This document shows positions 1 through 9,648 of a DNA stretch of 64,000 nucleotides, piece after piece (within the stretch, counting starts at the first letter, position 1; each line of letters starts with the position of its first letter). The stretch spans positions 736,001 through 800,000 of the forward strand of contig CAWFFN010000005.1 in the NCBI GenBank assembly GCA_963815115.1. Direction: 5' to 3'. A program made the translations under genes and the position numbers. This DNA comes from an uncultured delta proteobacterium. Its GTDB lineage: Bacteria; Desulfobacterota; Binatia; DP-6. Below the pieces are notes generated by a model. It saw nothing but the letters and a program-made list of their open reading frames with translations, did not search any database and had not been told where the DNA came from.

Positions 1-872
1 AGGCCGAGGCACTCCTCGACGATGCCGAGCGCCATCGCGACGACCCCGCTGCGCTCCATCGTGAACGTCGCCTTGGCGCCGGAGCGTGCCGGCGCGTCCT
101 CGGTCTCGCCGATCAGCCGGTCGCGGCCGACGCGAACGTCCTCGAGAAAGAGCTCGCCGGTCGGCGAGGAATGCATTCCCATCTTGCGCATCGGCTTCGA
201 CTGCGTGAGTCCCGGCATGCCTCGATCGAGGATGAAGCTCAGTACCTTCCGGTGCTTCGGGTCGGTGCCGTCGTCGAGCTTGCAGATGAAGACGATGGTG
301 TCGGCGAAGGGGCCGTTGGTGATGAAGGTCTTGCTGCCGTTCAGCACGTAACCGTCGCCGTCGCGGCGTGCGGTGGACTTCATCCCGCCGAAGGCGTCGG
401 AGCCCGAGCCCGGCTCGGTGATCGCCCAGGCGCCGATCGCCTCCAGGGTGAGGAGGGGGAGCGCCCAGCGCTCCTTCTGCGCGGTCGTACCCCTCGACAT
501 GATCGCCGTCGCGGTGAGGCCGAAGCTGACCCCCATGGCGGTGACCATGCCGGGGCACCAGCGGCAGAGCTCGATGATCGGGATGAGCTGGAGGCCGACG
601 CCCTCGCCCTCGCCGCCGCTCGAGCGCGGCCGCGACTTGGTGCTCTCTCCGCGTCCCTTGGTCTCCGCCGCCGCCTTCTCGCGTGCGATCTGGCTCGCGA
701 AGCGCTGCCGCGCCATCTCGTCCATGCCGAACGTGCGCATGAGCTTGCGCAGGATGTCGTACGGCGGCAGGTCGCCGTGCTCGAGGGCTTCCCAGTTGGG
801 CTTGATCTCCTCGTCGATGAACCGGCGCATCATGTCGCGGATCATCAGGTGCTGCTCATCCCATTCGATCAT
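1..872 (-). CDS. Acyl-CoA dehydrogenase (3' end runs off the window)
   Basis: Read by hand on the minus strand (not in the ORF track): MIEWDEQHLMIRDMMRRFIDEEIKP...GAWAITEPGSGSDAFG...YVLNGSKTFITNGP, which are ACAD motifs. Confidence 0.9.
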   Translation of the reverse strand, partial: MIEWDEQHLMIRDMMRRFIDEEIKPNWEALEHGDLPPYDILRKLMRTFGMDEMARQRFASQIAREKAAAETKGRGESTKSRPRSSGGEGEGVGLQLIPIIELCRWCPGMVTAMGVSFGLTATAIMSRGTTAQKERWALPLLTLEAIGAWAITEPGSGSDAFGGMKSTARRDGDGYVLNGSKTFITNGPFADTIVFICKLDDGTDPKHRKVLSFILDRGMPGLTQSKPMRKMGMHSSPTGELFLEDVRVGRDRLIGETEDAPARSGAKATFTMERSGVVAMALGIVEECLG

Positions 873-924
873 GCTGGCCTGCAGGGATAGCAAGGGTCGA
901 GGCGTGGAGCTAGAGTCGCCCGCC

Positions 925-1245
925 ATGGACGAGCAGGCGTACCTCCGGGCGGCCGAGGCCTGTCTGGACCGGGTCGGCCGCTGGCTCGGGGACCTGGAAG
1001 ACGTCGACCTCGTGGCGGGTGACGGCCTGGTCACGCTCGAGTTCGACGACGGCGCGCGCTTCGTGCTGAACCGCCAGGCCGCCGCACGTCAGATCTGGCT
1101 CGCGGCCGGTGCGCGCGCCTGGCACTACGGCTGGGACGATGCGCGGCACACCTGGGTCGACGACCGGGACGGTCACGACCTCTACGGTCGGATCGCCGAG
1201 GTGGTGGGCGAGAAGCTCGGCGTCCGGCTGTCGCCGCCCGCATGA
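925..1245 (+). CDS. cyaY: Iron donor protein CyaY (frataxin family)
   Basis: C-terminal part of ORF 373..1245 from ATG 925: DGLVTLEF...FVLNRQAAARQIWLAAG-ARAWHY, the frataxin signature. Confidence 0.85.
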   Translation: MDEQAYLRAAEACLDRVGRWLGDLEDVDLVAGDGLVTLEFDDGARFVLNRQAAARQIWLAAGARAWHYGWDDARHTWVDDRDGHDLYGRIAEVVGEKLGVRLSPPA

Positions 1246-1685
1246 GGATCGCCCTCGTCGCCGGCCTGTCCGCGTTCGTCCTGGCGCTCGCGGCGTGCGG
1301 CCGCAGCAGCCCGGGCGGCCCGACCTCGGGCGCGCCGGCCACGATCACCGGCGTTCCGTGGCGTCTCGTCGTCATCCAGTGGTCGGATGGCCGCAGCACC
1401 CGCCCCGAGGATGCGACGGGCTACTTCTTCGAGCTCGGCTCCGACGGACGGGTCAGCGGGAAGGCCGACTGCAACCGCTTGATGGGCACCTACACGCTCG
1501 ACGCCCACACGCTGCGCTTCGGGCCCCTGGCGACGACGCGCATGGCCTGTCCGCCGGGATCGGTCGACTCCGACTGGCTGCGCGCGCTCGGCTCGGCGTC
1601 CTCCTGGCTCGTGCGCGACGGCCATCTGCACGTCACGATGGCGGCGGATGCCGGGACGCTCGAGCTCGCCCCAGCGCCACGGTAG
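1242..1685 (+). CDS. META-domain (HslJ-like) lipoprotein
   Basis: Lipobox LAAC; GKADCNRLMGTY...LATTRMAC; ATGA overlap with cyaY. Confidence 0.85.
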   Translation: MRIALVAGLSAFVLALAACGRSSPGGPTSGAPATITGVPWRLVVIQWSDGRSTRPEDATGYFFELGSDGRVSGKADCNRLMGTYTLDAHTLRFGPLATTRMACPPGSVDSDWLRALGSASSWLVRDGHLHVTMAADAGTLELAPAPR

Positions 1686-1747
1686 TCGCGCAGAGCAGCG
1701 ACCACGCCGCCGTGGTGGCGAAGTTCGAGGGTATGTAGGGACGCGCG

Positions 1748-1795
1748 TTGACATGCATGCAGCATGGAGCGCATGCTCAGCGCATGCCGCGCATG
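1748..1795 (+). promoter_or_regulatory. Promoter/operator of the RHH-VapC TA operon
   Basis: TTGACA at 1748-1753, 18 nt spacer, CATGCT at 1772-1777; six CATG-core repeats between 1751 and 1795. Confidence 0.55.
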
Positions 1796-2014
1796 TTGCA
1801 GGTTCGAGACGTGCCCGAACCCATCCATCGGGCGCTGCGGGAACGAGCCGCCCGCCGCGGGAAGTCGCTGTCGGCGTACGTTCTCGAGCAGCTCGCAGAC
1901 CTAGCGCGGCAGCAGCCCCTCGAGGAATGGGTCGAGGAAGTCCACCGGCATCCGCCGGTGCGCCTCCGCACGTCGACTGCTCGTCTCGTCCGTCGCGAAC
2001 GTGAGGGACGGTGA
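1784..2014 (+). CDS. FitA/VapB-like ribbon-helix-helix antitoxin
   Basis: MPRMLQVRDVPEPIHRALRERAARRGKSLSAYV; GTGA overlap with the PIN toxin. Confidence 0.85.
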   Translation: MPRMLQVRDVPEPIHRALRERAARRGKSLSAYVLEQLADLARQQPLEEWVEEVHRHPPVRLRTSTARLVRREREGR

Positions 2015-2400
2015 TCGTCGTCGACGCGTCCTGTCTCCTCGAGGTGCTACTTCAAACGACCGCCGCCCCGGCCGTCGAGCGGCGATTCACACGCGCTGGC
2101 GGGCTGCACGGTCCCGAGGTGCTCGATCTCGAGATTCTGCAGGTGCTGCGGCGGCTCGTGGCCGCCCGCACGATATCGTCCGATCGGGCCGACCTCGCCG
2201 TTGGGGCCTTGGAGCGCGTGGCACTCCGCCGATGGTCGCATTCCGTGGTCCGCCGCCGTGCCTGGGCACTTCGGACGAATCTCTCGGCATACGACGCCGC
2301 GTACGTGGCGCTCGCCGAGCGACTGCGATGCGCGCTCGTCACGCGCGACGGACGGCTCGCCGGCTCGTCCGGCCACCAGGCACAGGTCGAAGTGGTCTGA
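2011..2400 (+). CDS. vapC: VapC PIN-domain toxin
   Basis: MIVVDAS...LDLEIL...NLSAYDAAYVALAE...LVTRD. Confidence 0.92.
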   Translation: MIVVDASCLLEVLLQTTAAPAVERRFTRAGGLHGPEVLDLEILQVLRRLVAARTISSDRADLAVGALERVALRRWSHSVVRRRAWALRTNLSAYDAAYVALAERLRCALVTRDGRLAGSSGHQAQVEVV

Positions 2401-2429
2401 CAGGATGGCCCCCGGGCGGGAGCGGGGTC

Positions 2430-2600
2430 CCAGTCCTTGCGGAGCACCCGATTCTCCCTCCGCAAATTGCCGTCGGCTCCTCGTGCTCCTCGGTCGTTGG
2501 CCCGTCGCACTCGCCCGCATCCACGGTGCAGCAAGGCAATGACCTCGGCTTCGAACTCCGGCGTGAATGCGGGTTGCCGTCGACGTACCCTGTTCCCATC
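2430..2600 (-). mobile_element. Degenerate IS3-family OrfA transposase remnant
   Basis: Pieces in different frames: RRRQPAFTPEFEAEVIAL / VDAGECDGPTTEEHEE / LRRENRVLRKD, resembling IS3 OrfA with the middle deleted. Confidence 0.65.
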
Positions 2601-2622
2601 GAGGCGCACTCGGGTCAATGCG

Positions 2623-4335
2623 CTAGACCGGGACCAGTTCCGGATAGACCGGCAGCCACATGGCGTCGCCCACGGTGCCCGGGATGGCCTCGTCGGCGAT
2701 CCGGCGCCGCCCGACACCCTCGTCGCGCGCCGCCGCCACCACCGCTGCCGCCACCCGCGCGGTCACGCGCCGGAGGTTGGCGACGGCCGGGAAGAGGCTG
2801 CTCGCGTCGAGGTGCTCGTCGCGCACCTCGTCGGCGAGCGCGCGTGCCGCCGACGCCAGCATGCCGTCGGTGACGCGCCGGGCCTCCGCGACCAGCGTCC
2901 CCAGCCCGATGCCCGGGAACACGAAGGCGTTGTTGGCCTGGCCGATCACGAAGGTGCGCTCGCCATGCTGCACCGGAGGGAACGGGCTTCCGGTGGCGAC
3001 GAGGGCGCGGCCGTCCGTCCAGGCGATGACGTCCGCGGGCTTCGCCTCGCACTGGCTGGTCGGGTTCGACAGCGGCAGCACCACCGGCCGCTCGACATGG
3101 CGAGCCATCTCGCGGATGACCTCCTCGGGGAAGGTGTCGGGTTCCCCCGACGTGCCGACCAGCGCCGTCGGCCGCAATGCCCGGACCACGGCGGCGAGAT
3201 CGCGCGGGCGGCCGCTCCCCAGCCCCACCGAGTCCGCCATCGCCGCCGGCCACGCCAGCTCGCGCTTGTACTCGTCGCGGATCGAGCCGTCGTCGACGAC
3301 GAGGCCGCGGCTGTCGAGGCAGACCACGGCGCGCACCAGCGCGTCCCCCCCGACGCCCTCGTCGGCCAGGGTGCGGCGAATGAGGCGGCCGATCCCGACG
3401 CCCGCCGCGCCCGCGCCGAGGATCACCACGCGCTGCTCGCGCATCGGGATGCGCGAGATGCATGTCCCGGCGATCAGCGCGGCGACGATGACGGCGGCGG
3501 TGCCCTGGATGTCGTCGTTGAACGAGGGCAGAACGTCGCGGTAGCGCTCGAGGAGGGCGAACGCCGTGCCCTTTTTGAAGTCCTCCCACTGGAGGAGCGC
3601 CTTCGGGAAGCGGCGTCGCACGGCCTGCACGAACTCCTCGATCAGCTCGTCGTACGGCGAGCCACGCAGCCGGGGATGGCGCCAACCGAGGTAGAGGTCG
3701 TCCTCCAGGAGCGCGCGGTTGTCGGTGCCGACGTCCAGGCTCACGGGGAGGGTGACCGCGGGATGGATGCCGGCGGCGGCGGTGTAGAGCGCGAGCTTGC
3801 CGATCGGGATGCCCATCCCGCCGGCGCCCTGGTCGCCCAGTCCGAGGATGCGCTCGTTGTCGGTCGCGACGATGAGACGCACGTCGTCGTAGGGGACGTG
3901 CGCGAGCACGGCGTCGATCCGTCCGCGCTGCTCGGGGTTGATCCAGATGCCGCGCGCACGGCGGAAGATGCGGCTGTACTTCCGGCACGCCTCTCCCACG
4001 GTCGGCGTGTAGACGATGGGGAGCAGCTCCTCGAGGTGGTCGAGCAGCACGCGGTAGAAGAGGTGCTCGTTGCGATCCTGGAGCGCTGCCAGCCCGATGT
4101 AGCGCTCGAGCGGGTCGGGCTTGCGCATGATGTTGGCGTAGGCGCGCTCTGCCTGCTGCGCCATGGTGCTCACGGCCGCCGGGAGCAACCCCTCGAGGTC
4201 GAATTGCCGACGCTCGTCGTGGCTGAAGGCGGTCGACTTGTTGTGCAGATGATGGCCGAGCAGGCGGGCGCCGCGCTCCCGCACCCAAACCCGAGAGCGG
4301 CCGTCGGGGGTACGCTCGAAGCGGTACGACTCCAT
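2623..4335 (-). CDS. maeA: NAD-dependent malic enzyme
   Basis: NKSTAFS, IVYTPTVGEAC, ILGLGDQG, QWEDF, FNDDIQGT, GAGAAGVG, LSNPT. Confidence 0.95.
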   Translation of the reverse strand: MESYRFERTPDGRSRVWVRERGARLLGHHLHNKSTAFSHDERRQFDLEGLLPAAVSTMAQQAERAYANIMRKPDPLERYIGLAALQDRNEHLFYRVLLDHLEELLPIVYTPTVGEACRKYSRIFRRARGIWINPEQRGRIDAVLAHVPYDDVRLIVATDNERILGLGDQGAGGMGIPIGKLALYTAAAGIHPAVTLPVSLDVGTDNRALLEDDLYLGWRHPRLRGSPYDELIEEFVQAVRRRFPKALLQWEDFKKGTAFALLERYRDVLPSFNDDIQGTAAVIVAALIAGTCISRIPMREQRVVILGAGAAGVGIGRLIRRTLADEGVGGDALVRAVVCLDSRGLVVDDGSIRDEYKRELAWPAAMADSVGLGSGRPRDLAAVVRALRPTALVGTSGEPDTFPEEVIREMARHVERPVVLPLSNPTSQCEAKPADVIAWTDGRALVATGSPFPPVQHGERTFVIGQANNAFVFPGIGLGTLVAEARRVTDGMLASAARALADEVRDEHLDASSLFPAVANLRRVTARVAAAVVAAARDEGVGRRRIADEAIPGTVGDAMWLPVYPELVPV

Positions 4336-4442
4336 CGTCGCTCCATTCTGCTGGCCTGGCCCGGGCGCTACAACCGCGCATCCGGGCCGCGCCAGGGTGG
4401 GCGGCGCTTGTCGCCATGCATCGGCGCGTTGTAGGCCGGCGC

Positions 4443-5663
4443 ATGAGCATCGTCGGTCGGGAGATGATCGATCCCCTGTACTACGAGCGCTACGGGTACC
4501 CGCACGCCTCGTGGGCCTACCTGCGCCGCTACGAGCCGGTGGCCTGGATGGAGCCGCCGGGCATGGAGCCCTTCTGGGCCGTCACGCGCTACGCCGACCT
4601 GTCGGCCATCTCCCGGGACCCCAAGCGCTGGAAGATCAATCCGCGCATGGCCGTCTTTCCGGAGGCGCAGATCTCGGCCGACAATCCGCCGTTCCGCCAC
4701 CTGCTGAACATGGACCCTCCGGAGCACGGGAAGTATCGCAACCTCCTGTCGCTCCGCTTCACGCCGAGGACGCTGGCGCCGAAGCGCGAGGCGGTCGGGC
4801 GCATCGTCGACGAGGCGCTCGATCACCTCGCCGAGCGGCGCGAGGCGGATTTCGTCGAGGACTTCGCCGCCACCATTCCGCTCGCCGTCATCGCCGAGAT
4901 GATCGGGCTGCCGCGCGCCGACTGGAAGCTGATGTTCGACCTGTCGAACGCGATCATCGCCAGCGAGGATCCCGAGTTCCAGAAGGGATCGACGACGCAC
5001 GAGACCATCGACCGCGCGGTCCAGACGTCGTTCGCCTACTTCCGCGCCATGGTGGAAGAGCGCCGCCGGGTGCCGCGGGACGACCTGGCGTCGGCGCTCG
5101 CCAACGCCGAGGTGCTCGGAGCCCCGATCGCCGAGTGGGAGCTGCTGTCCTACTTCGTGCTCCTCCTGGTCGCGGGCAACGAGACGACGCGCAACGCGAC
5201 CTCGGGCGGACTGCTCGCCCTGCTCGACCACAGGGACGAGCTCGAGAAGCTGCGCGCCGACCCGTCGCTGGTGCCGTCCGCCGTCGAGGAGATCGTGCGC
5301 TGGGTGTCGCCCGTGATCCAGTTCTGCCGCACCGCGGACGAGGCCGTGCAGGTCGGCGACACGACCGTGCGCTCGGGCGAGACGGTCTGCCTTCTCTACC
5401 CGTCGGCGAACCGCGACGACTCCGTCTTCCCCGATCCGTTCGCCTTCCGGGTGGACCGCAATCCGAACGAGCACCTCGCCTTCGGCATCGGCGTGCACTT
5501 CTGCCTGGGCGCGAATCTCGCCCGCCTGGAGCTGCAGGAGATCTTCCGGCAGCTGGTGCCGCGCCTGGCGGAGGTGGAGCTCGCGGGACCCGTCGAGCGC
5601 ATGCGGTCGAGCTTCGTGGGCGGCATCAAGCACATGCCGATCCGCTACCGGCTGGCGGCATGA
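4443..5663 (+). CDS. Cytochrome P450 (CYP125/CYP142-like)
   Basis: LLNMDPPEH, AGNETT, EEIVRW, HLAFGIGVHFCLG heme motif. Confidence 0.95.
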   Translation: MSIVGREMIDPLYYERYGYPHASWAYLRRYEPVAWMEPPGMEPFWAVTRYADLSAISRDPKRWKINPRMAVFPEAQISADNPPFRHLLNMDPPEHGKYRNLLSLRFTPRTLAPKREAVGRIVDEALDHLAERREADFVEDFAATIPLAVIAEMIGLPRADWKLMFDLSNAIIASEDPEFQKGSTTHETIDRAVQTSFAYFRAMVEERRRVPRDDLASALANAEVLGAPIAEWELLSYFVLLLVAGNETTRNATSGGLLALLDHRDELEKLRADPSLVPSAVEEIVRWVSPVIQFCRTADEAVQVGDTTVRSGETVCLLYPSANRDDSVFPDPFAFRVDRNPNEHLAFGIGVHFCLGANLARLELQEIFRQLVPRLAEVELAGPVERMRSSFVGGIKHMPIRYRLAA

Positions 5664-5835
5664 TCATGCGAGCGCTGGCGCTCGACGCTTCGCCGCGGCT
5701 CGTCTGCGCGCTCTTCTTGCTCTTCCTCATGGCGTGAGCTCCTCGCCGAGCGAGGCTGGAGCGTCTCACGCTTGCTGTCAATGGAGGCCCGTCACCATGT
5801 TCCCTCGGGGTCGCCACATCGGCTAGCCTGCGGCG

Positions 5836-6732
5836 ATGGCACAGACGATCCGTCACGTCGGCTTCCTCGGGCTCGGGCGCATGGGCTCGCCCATCGCGCG
5901 GAACGTCCTGAAGGCGGGCTTCGGGCTCACGGTGTGGAACCGGACGGCTGCCAGGGCCGAGCCCTTGGTGGCGGCGGGCGCGCGTCTCGCGCCTACTCCG
6001 CGCGACGCGGCCGCGGGCGCGGACGCCGTCGTCACCTCGCTCATGGACGACCGGTCGGTGCTCGACGTGGTCGGTGGGCCGGACGGTATCCTCGCCGGCC
6101 TGCCGCCCGGGGCCGTTCACGTGGGGACCTCGACGGTGTCGCCGGCGTGCACCCGCCGGGTCGCCGCGCTGCACGCGGCACACGGCAGCCACTTCGTCGC
6201 GGCGCCCGTGGCGGGGCGTCCCGACGTCGCGGAGGCGGGCCGGTTGCGCACGTTCGTCGCGGGCGACCCCGCCGCCGTCGCGCGCTGCCAGCCCCTCCTC
6301 GAGGCGTACACCGCGGGTGTGGTGAACCTCGGCGCGGAGCCCGCCGTCGCGAACAGCATGAAGCTGGCCGTCAACTACATGCTCGCCGTGGTCGTCGAGC
6401 TGATGGGCCAGGTGTACGCCTACGGGGAGAAGAGCGGTATCGACCCGGACGTCCTGGGCGCGGCCATGGCGGTGTTCTTCGGCAACCAGGCGCTCCAGGG
6501 CTACTCCGATCGGGAGCGGACGCGGAGCTTCGACGAGGTCGGCTTCGCGCTCGCCGCCGGCTTGAAGGACGTCGAGCTGGTGATGCAGGCCTCGGCGGAG
6601 GCCCGGGCCCCGCTGCCGTTCGCCGGCCCGGTGCGCGACGCGCTCATCGCCGCGCTGGCCAACGGCCTCGAGCACAAGGACTTCAGCGCCGTGGCGGAGG
6701 TTGCGCGCATGAACGCGGGCCTGGGCAGGTAG
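5836..6732 (+). CDS. Beta-hydroxyacid dehydrogenase family NAD(P)-dependent oxidoreductase
   Basis: GFLGLGRMG, VWNRT, APVAG, MKLAVN. Confidence 0.9.
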   Translation: MAQTIRHVGFLGLGRMGSPIARNVLKAGFGLTVWNRTAARAEPLVAAGARLAPTPRDAAAGADAVVTSLMDDRSVLDVVGGPDGILAGLPPGAVHVGTSTVSPACTRRVAALHAAHGSHFVAAPVAGRPDVAEAGRLRTFVAGDPAAVARCQPLLEAYTAGVVNLGAEPAVANSMKLAVNYMLAVVVELMGQVYAYGEKSGIDPDVLGAAMAVFFGNQALQGYSDRERTRSFDEVGFALAAGLKDVELVMQASAEARAPLPFAGPVRDALIAALANGLEHKDFSAVAEVARMNAGLGR

Positions 6733-6754
6733 TCGCTCTCGCACGCGCGGCCGG

Positions 6755-8167
6755 TCAGCCGAACTGCATCTCGCACACGTCCGCCGCCACCCGCAGCGGC
6801 GCGGCGGTGACGCGCCGGATGTCGTCGACGCCGACGCCAGGGGCGAGCTCGCGGAGCAGGAAGCCGTCCGCGTCGACGTCGATCACGGCCAGGTCGGTCA
6901 CCACCGTCCGGACGCAGCGCGCCGCCGTCAGCGGATACAAGCAACGCTCGACCAGCTTGGGTACGCCGTCGCGCGTCAGGTGGAACATGACCACGACGAT
7001 GCGCGCCTGCCCGGCGGCGAGGTCCATGGCGCCGCCGATCCCGCCGACGCCGGTCGCCGGCACGTTCCAGTTGGCGAGGTCGCCGTCCTGCGAGACCTGG
7101 AAGCCGCCCAGCACGACCGTGGTGATGCGTCCGCTCCGCGCCATGGCGAACGCGGTGGTGCTGTCGAAGTAGCTCGCCCCCGGGTGCTGGCGCACCAGCT
7201 GGCCGCTGGCGTTGTAGCAGTGGACGTCGGCGCTGCCCTCCTCGGCGAGCGGTCCGAAGCCGAGCATGCCGTTCTCGGAATGCAGGGTGATGTCCTGCTC
7301 GGGGTCGAGGGCGCTCGAGAGCAGCGTCGGAAGGCCGAGGCCGAGGTTGACGTACTCGCCGGGGCGCAGGAGCCGCGCCACCCGGCGCACCATCAGATCC
7401 GGCGGGATACCGGTCGGACCCTCGGTTCGCTCGCGCACCTCGAGGTCGTACAGTCGTCCCCATCTCCGGCTCAGCTCGCGGATCGCGGCCGCGTCGAGCG
7501 GGCGCTCGCAGACGACGACACGGTCGACGAACGCGCCGGGCGTCACCACGGCCTCCGGATCGAGCCCCCCCGCCTCGACGACGTCGTCGACCTCGGCGAC
7601 GGTCACGCGGGCGGCGGTGGCCATCATCGGATTGAAGTTGCGCGAGCCGCGGCGGTAGACGAGGTTGCCGAGCCGGTCGCCCCGCGCGGCGCGGACGAGG
7701 GCGAAGTCGCCGCGCAACGCGGTCTCGAGGACGTAGCGCCGTCCGCCGAACTCGCGCTCCTCCTTGCCACGAGCGGCGTCGGTACCGACACCCGTCGGGG
7801 TGTAGAATGCGGCCAGCCCGGCGCCGCCGGCGCGCACGCGCTCGATGAGCGTGCCCTGCGGGACGAGCTCGAGCTCGATGCTCCCGGAGCGGATGCCCGC
7901 TGCCATGGAGGTCTGCTGCTTGGGGTACATGGCGTAGCTCGCCACCAGCTTGCGGACGAGCCCGCTCTCGGCGAGGAGCTGCGGCGAGGTCGGACCGACG
8001 CCGGGCGTGTTGCAGACCAGGGTGAGGCCGCGCGCGCCGTGCTCGTACAGCGCTTGCAGGAGTGTGGTGGGCCAGCTCTGCACCACGCCGAAGCCGCCGA
8101 TCAGGATGGTCGCCCCGTCGGGGACGTCCGCGACCGCTTCCCGTGCGCTGGCGACGACCTTGTCCAT
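6755..8167 (-). CDS. 3-oxoacid CoA-transferase, fused A+B subunits
   Basis: From ATG 8167: DGATILIGGFG...PQGTLIERVRAGG (A half); YVNLGLGLP, HSENG, GGAMDL (B half). Confidence 0.92.
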   Translation of the reverse strand: MDKVVASAREAVADVPDGATILIGGFGVVQSWPTTLLQALYEHGARGLTLVCNTPGVGPTSPQLLAESGLVRKLVASYAMYPKQQTSMAAGIRSGSIELELVPQGTLIERVRAGGAGLAAFYTPTGVGTDAARGKEEREFGGRRYVLETALRGDFALVRAARGDRLGNLVYRRGSRNFNPMMATAARVTVAEVDDVVEAGGLDPEAVVTPGAFVDRVVVCERPLDAAAIRELSRRWGRLYDLEVRERTEGPTGIPPDLMVRRVARLLRPGEYVNLGLGLPTLLSSALDPEQDITLHSENGMLGFGPLAEEGSADVHCYNASGQLVRQHPGASYFDSTTAFAMARSGRITTVVLGGFQVSQDGDLANWNVPATGVGGIGGAMDLAAGQARIVVVMFHLTRDGVPKLVERCLYPLTAARCVRTVVTDLAVIDVDADGFLLRELAPGVGVDDIRRVTAAPLRVAADVCEMQFG

Positions 8168-8287
8168 GACGTGTCCTGGCGTTGTTCCGCGGGGGAGGCT
8201 CTGCACTATAGGAGTGGTCGCACCCGCACGACAAGGAGGAGGCATGCCCGCATCGCCGTCCGCACTGCCACGGCTGCCGAGGCCGCG

Positions 8288-9097
8288 ATGATGGACGCCG
8301 AGCTGCTCGGACTTCGGGACCGCGCCGCGCTGGTCACGGGTGCCGGCATGGGCATCGGCAAGGCGTGCGCGCTGCTGCTCGCCCGCGCCGGCGCGCGCCT
8401 CGTGGTCGCCGACCGTGACCTGACCGCCTGCGAGCGCACGGCGGGCGAGCTCCGCGCCCTGGGAGGAACGGCCATCGCGCTGGCGACCGACGTGCGCATG
8501 GCTCCCGAGGTGGAGGCGCTGGTGGCGGCGGCGGTCGACGGTCTCGGCACGCTCGACGTCTGCGTGCACAACGTCGGGGGGCTGGCGGGGCAGCCCGTCC
8601 AGCCGTTCCTCGACACACCGGTCGAATCCTTCGACGCGATCGCCGGGAACAACCTGCGCGCCACCTGGCTCTGCTGCCACGCCGCCGCGCGTGCCATGGT
8701 CGCCGGCGGCAGGCCCGGCAGCATCGTGAACGTGGCCTCGGTCGCGGCGCTGCGCGCCGTGCGCGGGATCGCCGCCTACGGCGCCGCCAAGGCGGCCGTC
8801 ACCAACCTCACCTTGCAGCTCGCCGTGGAGCTGGGGAGCCACGGCATTCGCGTGAACGCCGTGGCGCCGGCGACGACGGTGACCGAGCTGATCCGGGATC
8901 GGGTCGAGCGCGGCGAGTTTCGCGCCATCGAGGAAGCCAACCCGCTGGGCCGCCTGGCGACGCCGGACGACGTCGCCGGCGCGGTGGTGTTTCTCGCCTC
9001 GGACCTGGCGCGCTACGTGACCGGGCAGACGATCGTGGTCGACGGCGGTATCTCGTCGACGACGCGGCGCCTGGATCCGATGGCCCGCCGGAGCTAG
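8288..9097 (+). CDS. Short-chain dehydrogenase/reductase
   Basis: TGAGMGIG, YGAAK, IRVNAVAP. Confidence 0.92.
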   Translation: MMDAELLGLRDRAALVTGAGMGIGKACALLLARAGARLVVADRDLTACERTAGELRALGGTAIALATDVRMAPEVEALVAAAVDGLGTLDVCVHNVGGLAGQPVQPFLDTPVESFDAIAGNNLRATWLCCHAAARAMVAGGRPGSIVNVASVAALRAVRGIAAYGAAKAAVTNLTLQLAVELGSHGIRVNAVAPATTVTELIRDRVERGEFRAIEEANPLGRLATPDDVAGAVVFLASDLARYVTGQTIVVDGGISSTTRRLDPMARRS

Positions 9098-9495
9098 CGG
9101 GGGAGGGCGGGTCGGCGCGCGCCCGACTCGGCCAAGGCGTGCCCGCGCCCGAACTGAGAGAGCAGAACCAGCCCGCCCGCGACGACGACGGCGACGCCCA
9201 CGCCCCGGGTGAGCGCGCTGCCCAGCGCAGCGGGCGCGGCGAGCGTTGCCAGCCCGGCGAGGAGCGTCACGACGCTCGCCGGAAGCAACCACCAGGCGGT
9301 CTCCCGCACCCGCAGGGCGCCCACCAGGTTGATCCCGCCGGCGACGACGGCGAGCGCGGCCAGGGTGTAGAGCAGGACCAGGCCCGTCACGGACGCGACC
9401 GTCTCGGGCAGAGCGACGAGGGCGATTCCCGCGCAGAGCAGCAGCGCGCCGCGCAGGCGGCGGCCGTCATCCCGGCCATACCGAGGAGTCGTCAT
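9094..9495 (-). CDS. HdeD/DUF308-like membrane protein
   Basis: Several hydrophobic helices with a repeated G-x-x-A-L-x-x-P pattern. Confidence 0.6.
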   Translation of the reverse strand: MTTPRYGRDDGRRLRGALLLCAGIALVALPETVASVTGLVLLYTLAALAVVAGGINLVGALRVRETAWWLLPASVVTLLAGLATLAAPAALGSALTRGVGVAVVVAGGLVLLSQFGRGHALAESGARRPALPR

Positions 9496-9648
9496 GCTGC
9501 TTCCTGGAGGAGCAAGCGCCGTGCCGACCGACGTGGCGCGGGCCCAGGCGCCCGAATTCACGACGCTGGACGGCGCGTCCGAGGCCCGCCGTCTCCCTTT
9601 TTCCCATGCGGGCCCCGACTCCGTGCAAAATCGACACGACCGTGGCGC

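Noticed and set aside
5660-5737. 25-aa hydrophobic ORF overlapping the P450 stop
   Set aside because: Too short to support without homologues
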